Shown in pieces: positions 52,576 through 64,000 of a stretch of DNA of 64,000 bases (position 1 is the stretch's first letter; every line of letters begins with the position of its first letter). The notes below the pieces were generated by a model. The model ran no database searches. It was not told the DNA's origin and saw only the letters and a program-made list of their open reading frames with translations. A program made the translations under genes and the position numbers. The stretch lies in assembly GCF_006345805.1 (NCBI RefSeq), contig NW_021837025.1:124001-188000 (forward strand). Reading direction: 5' to 3'. The stretch is from Octopus sinensis (lineage: Eukaryota).

Positions 52576-53596
52576 ATGGCTGAGTTGTTGAGCAAACTGA
52601 ATGGCTTATTCGCTGTTTATAAACCCCGAAAACTCTCTCCTTTACAACTAACACGTTTATTAAAATACAAATTGAAAACTGGTTAGCAAACACACTTTAA
52701 TCCCTCAGAATTATGCAATATTCACAACTCACAATTCCACAATCAGCCAATTAGAACGGGCCACTTAGCCGACCATCCTTTGGGTCTCAATCAAAACTAA
52801 CAATTCTAGTCATTGGCGATAAGTTCACCTCAGATGACCTGTTGCTGTACAATTCCTCAATGTTGGAAGCCAATGTGTCGGGAGTGAACGGTATGACTCC
52901 TAAAACATGCTAGTAATGGGAATCGGACCTCACGGAATGCATTTGGCCAAACAATTGCAGACCTATAATCCCCTCAGAGTAAACACACCACAAACACCCC
53001 TTAGGTCTTCCACGTCACTGGACAGTTGGGGATGACCAGCAGTGACTTTACCCACACTGGAAGACTACTCCAACAGAAAAGTTATTCGCATGTGACAACT
53101 GGGAAGATCACACGCATAATCAACAGAATAGAGGCCGGGCACAGAAGACTACAATTCGAGTATAACCCACATTCGAAAGGGCAGTTATTCGGGAGTGCGG
53201 ATGGACAGTCAGGAGGCCTATGACTTGGCCGTTGGGGGACCCATTCGAGCCAAAATGACATCACTGGAGAAGGCACCGCTGATTTATTTCCTCGAATGCA
53301 TTTCCCTTAGAAGACCCTTCTTCATTCTTGGTACACTCCTTTCCTTATTTCCAGAAATTCACACAACCAACGAATGTGAGGCATTCCTGCGTGAACTCAT
53401 CCACGAAATTGGAATTGAGACACGAGCAGGGGCAGTCTGCAGACAAATCAGATGCATTCGCTACGGAACCTTCCCCCTGGACAGTGCCCCCGCCCAGGAA
53501 GAATGGAATGCAAGCACATTCCTCCAACTCCTATCCACCCCAACCGACCTATCCGCCTCCCCTCCTCACTTAGTCTCCCTGATTAACCATCATTAA
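52576..53596 (+). CDS. TRUB2: Mitochondrial pseudouridine synthase TRUB2
   Basis: LNGLFAVYKP, YSHVT.GKI.RII, SQEAYDLAV.GPIR and LIHEIG..AVCRQIRCIRYG. Confidence 0.88.
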
Positions 53597-53615
53597 TATT
53601 GTTAATGCTAGTCAG

Positions 53616-54583
53616 TTAAGGGGAATTGCGTCCTTTCAAGAACACGAACTTCCTCGACTTGATGACTGACCATTTGTGTCTGTTGTAGGCCATCAGGAGA
53701 AGACTGACGATGGACAGGGTTATGCCCACCTAGGAATATACACATGCTTATATACTTTGACAGCCATTCGTTTATGGTCGTCGATGTGAGGGTCACTTAC
53801 CCATTTGAGGAAACAACACACGTCCTTGGCCATTTGACTGACCGTGGCCGGGGTCCCGTCGGAGTATTCGAGGACTCCTTCCATCAACGGAGGGGCCATT
53901 GCGATTGCACAGTCAGGGAAGTAGGGATTGTAGTGCAGTCCTTCCCCTATCTCCATATTCAGAGGAGGCTCCTCTTCGTAGCCCGTCAGAATAGAGAATA
54001 TATAGTCCTGCAGTCAGTTTACTCGAAGACCTCAAATCCCTTCCGAGCTCGACAAATGTAACTCAAGTCAGGAGGGACTGCCCCATTGTTGGCCACTCGG
54101 GCGGTCTCCGGGTTGGGGTACGGACTGGGGAAGTGATCATTCAGCACGCCTGTTCGTTCAAACATTTCCCCCTCGTCGTTGGGCCCGTCCATCACCTCAA
54201 TCTACAGTGTGGCCAGTTTCGTCACCTCTGCGGCCTCCGCGACCGCCTCCTCCTCGGTAAGGCACACATCCACCAAGTGACGGTACCGCAGGAACTTGAT
54301 GCTGTGACACGAAGAGCAGACTTGTTTATATACGAAATAGCCACGTCGAATGCTGGCTGTGGTGTGAGGGAGAATAACTTGCGGTGGTCTAATGCTGAGA
54401 ACATGCCACTGTGGGGCCATTCGAAGGTGTTATGGGGGATCATTACGGACTTTGAGTGGACAGTCAGAACACTCCCTACCAATGTGGCCGTCCCCAATGA
54501 GGCGTAGGCCAGCCATTTGACAATCTGGAGGGTGGATAAATATGCGTTACTCTTTTAGAACTTAAATTACCTAACATAGGCAT
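53616..54583 (-). CDS. CYC1: Cytochrome c1
   Basis: [29 protein letters not shown] and [17 protein letters not shown]. Confidence 0.96.
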
Positions 54584-54675
54584 GTCACAAGACGAGGTGA
54601 TGTGAATACTATAAAATAAATTATAATTATTTGTTTGATATTTTTATAATTGTTTTATGTTATTTAAGTTTTGTT

Positions 54676-55068
54676 ATGTCTTTAAATGAGAAGGTTACTG
54701 GAATGACCAATCTCGAATTTCGATGTCTGCAATTCCTCAAACACAGACCCTCTCTCAAACACAAGTGGAAGAACTACTACTGCACTCATTTGACCCCCGA
54801 TCCATCCCTCCTCCCAACCCTAAAACACCAATTGTCCCACATCTCCCAAAGTGGGCCAAGAAAGAGGGCCAAAAGACAGAAAATTGATGCCACAGTCAAC
54901 CAAGCGTCCATTCCTGTTGGATTTTGTCCCATTTGGGTGGGTCGATCTGGCCAGTGGGACTTTAAATGTCGGTCCAATGTGAGCGACTACAGTAGTCATG
55001 CAGATAACGACTGGGCCCACTCTGAGGATGCTGAGTTAATTCATCTTTCAGACGAGTCACTTCATTGA
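54676..55068 (+). CDS. Unknown ~130-aa protein with NLS-like motif
   Basis: Gene-like composition between AT spacers; PRKRAKRQK. Confidence 0.5.
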   Translation: MSLNEKVTGMTNLEFRCLQFLKHRPSLKHKWKNYYCTHLTPDPSLLPTLKHQLSHISQSGPRKRAKRQKIDATVNQASIPVGFCPIWVGRSGQWDFKCRSNVSDYSSHADNDWAHSEDAELIHLSDESLH

Positions 55069-55140
55069 TTATTTTTATTTTAATAAATATTGATTTAAAA
55101 TTAAATAATATTTAAATAAAATAAACGAGTGTCCTAGTCG

Positions 55141-57484
55141 ATGTGGGTTATATTATTTCTAATAGTAGGCCTAAGAAAAGACGTAATCGGACTGGTGAGA
55201 ACAGTCCAGAACAGATTAAGGAAATGCCAATTCCCAGTCACTGTTACCATTCTGCCTACTTGGTCGCCTTTCTGTGTGTTCTGGCAATTTTTATGGCCAA
55301 GTGGTACGACGACAGATACTCCCACATTCGCAAACTTAACCTGCCTTCCTCCCGGGAAAGCACAAATCGCATTCTCAACATCTCCTCTCCCAGTTGGGGC
55401 ACATTTCGAGCCAATGTTTGCTCGTTTTTTAACTTGAGAATTTTTTCGGACTGAAAGACACATCCGACAGTCCCCTTCTCTTCGGAATCATGTGGTTCAG
55501 ACAAATCTCAAGTCCCCACCAGCCGTTGAAGATCCGTCATTGGTGTGAGCCACACGATTCCCTCAATTTTGGCTGGCACGTCCACGATGGACGGAATTGT
55601 GGAGTCCAGTCTATCAACGAGACCGACTTTAGCATCGAAACCACGTTTGTCAAGTCCACAGAGTCGGTGATAGGCTCCAAAGTGAGAATTTCCTTCAAGC
55701 AGGGCACGTTCCGTGGGGGAATTTCCATAATAACATATTTATATCATTCGGATGGACAAATGGTGCATATACCACAAAGAGACGGACTGACTTTGATAAA
55801 CGGGCATACTTCGGCATTAGGAAAATTCACTGTTGGTATAAAGTCTGACTGTACTTTGTGTACAACCAACCGAGTCACCAGATATGTGTCTGATCCAGTT
55901 CAGATTGAGCATGGAGTGCGAGGGGAATTTTATTGGACTCAGAATTACTTGAATCCTTCAAAATCGTATGCTGCCTTGAATCCCCAAAACCGACATACTG
56001 GCAACCACAACATGATTGCTGTCCAGACTACGAGTTTTTCCTCCACCGATTTCTCCATCGATGTTGACTTTGAGTCCGTTGGGGCACCTCCTGTGGACTA
56101 TCATAGTCAACTGAGTCGTTGTTTGTCTGATTTTGACAAAAAATTTGCCCGGACTTTCTCCACGAGTGCATTGTCGTCTGAAAAAGTGAAATTCTCCAAG
56201 TTCGCAGTGTCCTCCCTTCTCGGAGGGATATCCCACTTCCGAGGGAGGTCAGTCGTGGGGAAAATGGGCAGTCCGGGGAACGTCAGTTATTTTAAAGCCT
56301 CCCTTATCACGGCTGTTCCCTCACGTGCTTTTTTTCCCCGTGGGTTCCTCTGGGATGAAGGTTTCCACGGAATCCTGTTGGCGAGGTGGGACCCCGACCG
56401 GTCAATGGAGATCATGGCTCACTGGCTTGACCTGATGAATGCGGAGGGTTGGATTCCGCGGGAACAAATCCTGGGCACGGAATCAACGGCTCGTGTTCCC
56501 CACGAGTTTATCCGACAGCAAGTCAACGACGGAAATCCACCGACGTTCTTTCTTGCCTTGGAGTGTCTGATTGGTCAGGAATCTCACCAGGAGACGATAA
56601 AGAGTTTTTTGCGAGTTATTTTTCCGCGTCTGAAAACGTGGCTTTCGTGGTACATGAGAACTCAGGGAGGGGTGGAGAAAAATAGTTTCCGTTGGCATGG
56701 AAGGGGGGTTTCTCGTTCAAAGACATTGCGGAATCCTCTGACGTTGATGTCTGGTCTGGATGACTACCCGCGGGCTTCCAATCCCACGGAATTGGAACGA
56801 CATGTTGATTTGTACTGTTGGATGGCCTATTCGAGTCGGACTATGCTTAATATTGCGCGTCTTTTGGGTGATGTGAGTGCAGTGGAGAAGTATGGACAAA
56901 TGTACGACACTCTCAGTGATGTCAAATTACTAAATGAACTTCACTGGTCTCCGGAGAAAGGGCGATATGCTGATTATGGACTCCACAGTGCTGTCTCGAT
57001 GCTTTCGGAGTATCAGTTTATTGATGAGGGCTTTGGATATGTCAATATATTTCCATTCTTGGTGACTATTCTCTCCCCTGGAGTGGAGTTGAACCACATT
57101 CTTGAGGACATCCAAACTCACTTGCTGTGTCCTTTCGGACTGCGTTCTCTGTCCAAGGATTCTCTGTTCTATCGGGAGTACAATAGTGAGGACGACCCGC
57201 CCTACTGGAGGGGGGATATCTGGGTGAATATGAACTATTTGGCACTTCGAGCATTGAGTCACTACATGAGGAGATTGGGGGAGAACGACTCTGCGAGGGT
57301 GGTGGCTGGGAATATATATAATACTCTGAGAGATGGGCTGATTGAGAATGTGTATAAAGAATATGTACGTACGGGATTTATATGGGAACGGTATGATGAT
57401 CAGACGGGACGAGGGAAGGGTGTGCATCCATTCACTGGGTGGTCTAGTCTGGTCGTCCTTATTATGACTGAGGATTACCACTAA
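55141..57484 (+). CDS. MOGS: Mannosyl-oligosaccharide glucosidase (GH63)
   Basis: TM anchor, WGTFR, VPSRAFFPRGFLWDEGFH, SGLDDYPRA, YWRGDIWVN and PFTGWSSL; two 5' introns. Confidence 0.96.
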
Positions 57485-57899
57485 CCTTCGTTTCGGGGGA
57501 GGGTATTTCACTTTATTATTACAAAATTTGTTGTTTGTGTATTAAATTTTTTAATGTTGAACGCTGAGTTTTGATTACAGAATGGGTTTTACGTGGATAG
57601 ATTTCAATAAGGTTTGATCAGTCGAGCATTTATTCTCTCTTTTGTTTTTTGTAATGGATTGGTGACTATTAAGAAATTGGTTACAAAGTGGATAGTCAGG
57701 CTAATATTTAAACAAATGGATATGGGAGAAAATCATAATTAAATAAATAATTTCTAATACAATATATCTCTACGCTACTAGTTTTTCTTATTAGTTTACG
57801 TATTAACAAGATTCGAAAATACAACGATAATTATCTCAACTATGGATTTTATTTTTTGATTAAAAACGGTGTGAGACATCCGCAGTGTATTATTTGTCA

Positions 57900-59043
57900 C
57901 ATGATTCTTTTCCCCGAATCATGAAGCCTTCATTATTTTTTCGACATCAAGTTTCCAATCATCCCGAAACTATCGGAAAACTAAATGATTTTTTTAAGAA
58001 CAAACAAGATAATATTCGGAAAATAGACGATTTCTTCAAGTTTGAGATGAATTTTTTACTATCAAAACTCCTACATGATTTCATATCGGATTGCAAAAGC
58101 CTAAAAACCACATAAAATTCCGAGAATCTTATTATACCGTGCATTAAGAACATTTTTGAATGTTTAATTTTTTATTATAGGTCTATTGTGGCAAAATCTT
58201 AGTGCATGCACCACAGATGGAGCACCAGCTATGCTTGGATGTAACTCTGGTTTCCAAGGTAGAGTACAATCTGTCGACCCAAATGTAAAACATTTTCACT
58301 GTATGTTGCATCTTTATGCTCTTGCTGTGAAGACAATGCCTTTTGAACTTAAAAAAGTTTTTGACAATGTAATTAAAATTTTCAAACATATCAAAAAAGT
58401 TCTTTAAATTTACGAATTTTTTATTCAACTTGTGAAGAATTTTGTTCAGAATGAAATTTATGAATATTTTTTTGCGAAAATAATATATATTTATCAACAT
58501 TATCAAATATGTATTGGGGTGTAATGCTATCTTATTTAAAGAACATTTTTTCGCGAATTAATGCTTTGAATTTATCGGTACAAACTAAGGGAGTTACAAT
58601 TGTTGACTTTTTAGAAAAAACAAGGTTTTTTAGGAAATAATAAGTAGGTCTTTTGTATGAAGCTCAAACTGTGGATAGATAATACAACAAATTCTAATTT
58701 TACTATGTATGATAAGTTGAATGATAACATTATCCATCTGAAATTAAATGAAATGGAAAATTTAAAACATCATATAACTTCCCATTTATTTGGATTGAAG
58801 AATGAAATTGAAAAATATATACCTGAAATTAATGAAGTAGATCTTAAGCTTTTTGTCAATCCTTTTTCGTAAAAATTTATGATTTATCTTTAAATATTCA
58901 AAAAGAATTTATTGAATTAATAAATTCTTACGAGTCAAAAATCTTATTTGAATCTGCACCATTAATTGGATTTTGGTGTAAATCAAAGTATCAAAACATT
59001 GGATTTTATATAATCGATTTTTTTGTTTTTGTTTCCGACTACA
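57900..59043 (+). mobile_element. hAT (Charlie/ZBED5-like) remnant
   Basis: CTTDGAPAMLG, HCMLHLYAL, KLKLW and FPTTY-like end cut by the adjacent Tc1. Confidence 0.8.
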
Positions 59044-59045
59044 TA

Positions 59046-60550
59046 CACCCCTCGACATAAATATTGGTGAATCTTCAACTTACTTCATTCATACAAAGAA
59101 TGATTTAATTTTTTCTTCAGATATATTTTAAAATCTGATAAAATTGATAAAAATTAATTTAATTATTTAAATTTTGAAATTTTGTCTAAGAAATTTGGAA
59201 AAAACAACGACTTTCAATGGCATAAAATTTGGTTATTGTGAGATTAATATGTAGAATAACCTCCTTTTGCCGAATAGATCTCCCAACACCTTTTTTTCAT
59301 TGACTCAACTAATTTTTCAAGTGTTTTTGATGGAATAGAATTTCAAATATTTAATAGATTTTCCTTCAGTGCCTGAATGTTCTCATTTTTTCTTTGCCTA
59401 ATTTGAATCTTCATATAAGCCCACAAATGCTCTATCGGATTTAAATCCGGAGATTGCCAAGGCCATTCTAATTTTTTAATATTTTTTTCGCGAAAATATT
59501 GAATAATCATTTTTGATGTATGGCAGGGAGCGTTGTCTTGTTGAAAAATATAGTCAACAATCCCCATTTTTTGTACAGAAAATGGCAAATTATTGGTCAA
59601 AATAGATTGATATTTTGCAGAATTAAGCGTTTTGTCTATAAATACCAAATCGCCTACCCCATGATAGGAAAAACAACCCCACACCATGACTTTCCCTAAT
59701 TTTTTATTACATCATAATTTACCTTTTCCAAATTTGACAGTTGGAGTAATATTTTCGAATTTATTCATTTCAAATTTTTTTCTATACACAATTTTTCTTT
59801 TTTGGATCGGTAATAATTCAAAAATACATTCATCAGAAAAGATTATTGATCTAAAATCATGGTCTGAAATTTGAAGAAATTTTTGGACGATCTTGAATCT
59901 GGAAACCATGTGTTTTTTTGTTAGAAGTGGTTTTTTCTTTGCAATTCTTCCGAAAATTCCATTTTTATTTAAATTTCGCATTATGGTTCGAGACGAGACA
60001 CGTGTTCCAGAAAACTTTTCTATTTCATTAGAGAGTTCAGAAGCAGTTAAAGATGAATTTTCCTCTGATGTGCGTACCAAATGATTAATTTGCACATTAT
60101 TCAAAATTGATAGTCTTCCAGAACCATGTTGGCGGTCATATGATCCAGTTTTATTGTATTTCTTGATAAAATTTACGACTGTTGAATATGGAACACCGGT
60201 TTCTTTAGAAATTTTAATATATGACATATTTAAGTCGTATAGCGCAATTATTTTCCCTTTCATAAACGAATCGAGAGTATTATATCTAAAAATATTTTTT
60301 TATTAAGATCAATCTCTAAATACTAGCAGAATTTGAAGGTTTAAATTTTATAACCAATTTTTATGTCACTAACCTAATTGCCGACATGCTTTAAATTTCT
60401 TGCAATATTAAAATTTAAATCTATTTTAATTATAAATACAAAATAAATATTATTTTAGAAGATCTAAAGGATCTTAAAGTATGAATTTATTCGTTTTTAA
60501 ATGAAAAAAAGCAGGAAAGATTAAATAACCAAATTTTTTGTCGAGGGGAA
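59046..60550 (-). mobile_element. Tc1 DD34E element, near intact
   Basis: TIR CACCCCTCGACA with inner DRs; FSDE, QQDN and PIE with 34-aa spacing; one intron and one nonsense codon. Confidence 0.92.
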
Positions 60551-60559
60551 AATAGGTGT

Positions 60560-61120
60560 AATTCGAGATCGATATCCATGGACATTCTGCATGTCAGATG
60601 CCGATCTTTTGGCCACATATTAAAATCGGACAGTCTCATTCCACCGAATATCGCGATGAATATCTAAGATTATTCGGTTGTGTTTTAATTGCAGATGAAC
60701 GAGAAAGTGCATTAAAAACACCCGCTTTCTTACTTATTATAGTAAACACAAATTCCGTTTCGGTCTTTGGAGGCAAATGACAAGAATGTGTAAACACAGT
60801 TAGTTTCTTTGAGTCACCGTCATGGACAGAAAATCCGCGGGCAGTCATTCCCCCAAAAATGTAGATAAATTTATCATAAAGTACGGATGAAAAGTCCGAC
60901 CGAGCTTCTGGCATGGGGAATAAACTTTCCCAAATCCACTGCCCGTCGTCAAAACATCAAAAAATATCCAGAAAACTTCAAACTTGTATAGGTTTGAAAT
61001 TGGGAGAGCATTTTCGTGTGTTTTCCCCCCATGACGTACAGATTTGTTTCGGTTGAGCACATTTGGAACTTTGCCAGGGCTGAGGGAGGTAGTTTCGAGT
61101 TTGTGGGGAAGAATTCATTC
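60560..61120 (-). pseudogene. Kelch-repeat fragment
   Basis: WESLFPMPEARSDFSSVLYDKFIYIFGG; no full propeller recoverable. Confidence 0.5.
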
Positions 61121-61199
61121 TGTTAACTATTTTATTGAAAATTTTTAATATGAATAATAATGTCGTATTGACCGCATTTAATTTTATCTATTTTCAAAA

Positions 61200-62190
61200 T
61201 TAAGGATTATGGTAAAGTATCCTGGGTTGTGCCGTAGTTAACATAGATCGTCCCATATGAAAACAATTGGAACAATTTTCATTTTTGCGTAATTCAAAAT
61301 ACAGTCGAACCCTGCCCCAACAAAAACCCCGCTGCTGGTAACAGATTGGAGTAAATGGGTTTTTAATTTTTGTCGACTTTTTAAATCCATATTGGCAACA
61401 TAGATGTAAATGCAAGCATTTGACCACTTCGTTATGGCGTCTAAGGTAGAGGCCGTTAAGCATTTGCCCACATCTGATAGCAAGGTGATCGATGGTTTTC
61501 TTGGATGAGTTGCAGTGGCTGCATTTATTCTCTCCGTTGCTGAAAAACAAGTTTCGGTCTTGTAACAGGCACAGATTTGCTTCAGACCGGGGAAAATTGT
61601 TTCCATGAATTAACCACTCGCAAGCCTCATACACGTCAACTTCAGTATTCTTTAGACATTCGAACAAAATAGAGTGCAAGGGCTTCTTTCGATTTTTTAC
61701 ATAGATATTCACGTTGAAGTTTTACCAGGTCTGATATTTTCAATTCATTTACGTTTTCATTGTATTTTCGAGACAAGAATTCTGCGATAGTGGCCGTATG
61801 CGTTTTCTTTGAATTGATGACGAGTAGAATTTCTGCTCTTTTTAGGCAGTAGTTTGCCTTATATTTCAAATCAGCATAAAATTGAAGAATGATTCTCTCC
61901 GCTTTATTACTGACTGACTCCAGGCCTCTACCAAATTCCTTTCTTGGAAGATAAAATCTTTTTTTGTTTGCGGGTTTCAAGTGGATATGATTGTCCATAA
62001 GAATTCGACGAATATTTTTATCGATCTTCTCAAACTTTTCCGGGCTCAATATCAATCTGTCAATATAATAGTTATGGAGTGAGAGTGCATGTTCGTTTAT
62101 AGTCTTGAACAAGTTTACAGAGTTTAATTCAGTTTGGGTCAGGTTTTTAATCCTCTTTGATGCTTCTTCATAGATTTTCTCCATAACTTT
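61200..62190 (-). mobile_element. R4-like non-LTR fragment (RT thumb and CCHC)
   Basis: RFYLPRKEFGRGL, CSHC..DHLAIRC and RRHNEVVK. Confidence 0.85.
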
Positions 62191-62347
62191 ATTTTTGGAG
62201 TTTAAAAAAGAGCTATTTTTAGTCTATAAAGTCAGAAATTAATTTCCAAAAATCAAAAAATACTCAGAACTCATTTCTTCACTGACGTAACGCTAAGCGG
62301 TATCTGGAACATAATGCGATTTAATTTAAATAAGAACAGCGTCGTTT

Positions 62348-64000
62348 ATGGGAAATGCCAGTGACGGCACGTATTTCTGTGCTGTCTTATATTCACAGAC
62401 TAGTAGCATAAAAGGGAACATCAGACGTGTGAATCGAAAGCCTCCGGGAGACCTCGCCGCCCATTTCATCGACGAAAATGTCACAAACCCGGAAGAATCT
62501 AAACCTGACGTCACGGGAATTTCCCAGTACTGGGAAGGTCAGGAAAATGTATTCTGACATTTCTAAAACATTTAAGCTTTTCGACAAAACATTCGTGCAG
62601 CACAAACCCAAGTGGTTCGAAAAGAAGGGACTTTTTTCTGGTTTGGGGTACCCATAGATTGTTCGTAGAAGGCAATGTGAAAAAGGAGACAAAGAAAGAC
62701 GTCGCAAAGTCCAAAAAAGACAAAAAATCCGAGGATAAACAGTCATCGGATCCCGCAAAAAAGAAGGATATCAAAACCGATCAAGTCCAAAAAATTGGGC
62801 CCGAAAAGAATTTGGAAAATACCGCCAAATCTCAACCAGAGGGGACACCAGCGTCCTCTAAGAATGTCAAAGACGTCGCAAAGTCCAAAAAAGACAAAAA
62901 ATGCGAGGATAAACAGTCAATGATCCTGCAAAAAAGAAAGATATCAAAACCGAGCAAGTCAAAAAGATTGGACCCGAAAAGAATTTGGAAAATGCCTCCA
63001 AATCTCAACCAGATGAGACACCAGGATCCTCCAAGAATGTCAAAGACGTCGCAAAGTCTAAAAAAGACAAAAAATACGAAGATAAACAATCAGTGGATCC
63101 TGCAAAAAAGAAAGATATCAAAACCGATCAAGTCCAAAAAATTGGGCCCGAAAAGAATTTGGACAATGCCGCCAAATCTCAACCAGATGAGACACCAGCG
63201 TCCTCCAAGAATGTCAAAGAAAAAGTTAAGGATTCAAAAAAACACGCATCCAAAGTGAACACAGAAAATGTCGAGAAGACCTCAAAGGTGAAACCTTCAA
63301 AAGTCATCGAAGAAAAGACAGAAAAAGATCAGAAAAAGAAAAAATCAATGAAAGAAAAGGAAACGAAAATCAATAAAATACCAAAAGACGATCAAAAACC
63401 TGAGATTAAAGTCTCCATCAAAGCGGAAGCCGAGAAGGTAAGCCAGTCCAACAAAGTCACACAAAATCTGAAAGAGGTCGAGACTAAGGAGAAGGAAGAC
63501 AGTAAGGGCAATAGAAAGATCCAACTGTCGAGAGCTAAAAGTGTAGGAGTTAATCCTGACCTGAACTTGGTTGACGAGGAAGTATTTACTGCTAAGCATA
63601 AGAGACGAGAATCTGTATTCCATGGTCGATAGTGACCTGTTTTAGGAAAATCAAGTCAAAAATAGTAATTTCATTGAGATTCTCTGTGAGGACATCAGTT
63701 TGTCGTCAGTCGATGAGAACAAAGAGGAAAAAAAGTTGTCCAAATTTATGTTGAAACATAGAGGTAAATTGGAAATGAAAGTGTCCTCAGATTGCCAGAA
63801 ACTTCCATTATTCCCAGAAATGGACTTTGTGATTACGGGAGATTCATCCTCGAATTTAGATGAAAATAAACAAGAGAACATCGTCCTTCGGGACAAAAAT
63901 AAGAAGAAATATGATAGCAAATCATCGTCAAAAAGCGAAAACGTACCAAAGAATAAACAATCTTCAATAAAAGTAGACAAGAATTTTAAGGAACAAAGAA
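62348..64000 (+). CDS. Lys/Glu/Asp-rich low-complexity repeat protein (runs off window end)
   Basis: Overlapping ORFs 62659-63258 and 62985-63632 joined across a frameshift; putative mini-introns on both sides. Confidence 0.5.
62696..63218 (+). repeat. Three tandem copies of a ~174-bp (58-aa) coding unit
   Basis: AAGACGTCGCAAAGTC recurs near 62696, 62870 and 63042. Confidence 0.92.

Noticed and set aside
59343-59345. TGA where Tc1 normally has Trp (possible codon reassignment)
   Set aside because: SF3B3, POLR1C and NAXD end in TGA and MOGS uses TGG for Trp, so this is a nonsense mutation.
1-64000. Microsporidian or myxozoan origin; tRNA/rRNA/snRNA genes
   Set aside because: Cytochrome c1, ADAM10, mei-P26 and ciliary IQCB1 argue for a ciliated bilaterian. 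No cloverleaf or snRNA was recognised by eye, though a covariance search is needed to exclude them.

Overview
Compact animal nuclear DNA. About 20 host genes are broken by tiny (mostly 22-28 nt) GT-AG introns and separated by near-pure AT spacers and dense nests of decayed transposons. Host genes recognised by manual splicing: Piezo (N-terminus), exportin-5, POLR1C, NAXD, SmE, ATG10, SF3B3, ADAM10-like, sideroflexin, pICln, a mei-P26/NHL-2-type TRIM-NHL, IQCB1/NPHP5, PUS3, an Ig-domain receptor, TRUB2, cytochrome c1 and glucosidase I. Tiny introns together with a cilium gene, a respiratory gene and a protostome-type TRIM-NHL best fit a dicyemid mesozoan (inference, not verified). Mobile elements include Tc1 (IR/DR type), pogo/Tigger, hAT, Merlin, a Ginger-like integrase element, and R4-like, I/Jockey-like and RTE-like LINEs. 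Most notable: (1) a minimal splicing code of GT, an AY at about -7/-8, and NAG, with no polypyrimidine tract; (2) the same mini-introns inside transposases of five unrelated superfamilies; (3) a gene-scale C-rich to G-rich strand-skew switch that also shows in introns. All family calls are from recalled motifs, with no database search. Some frameshifts are probably homopolymer sequencing errors.
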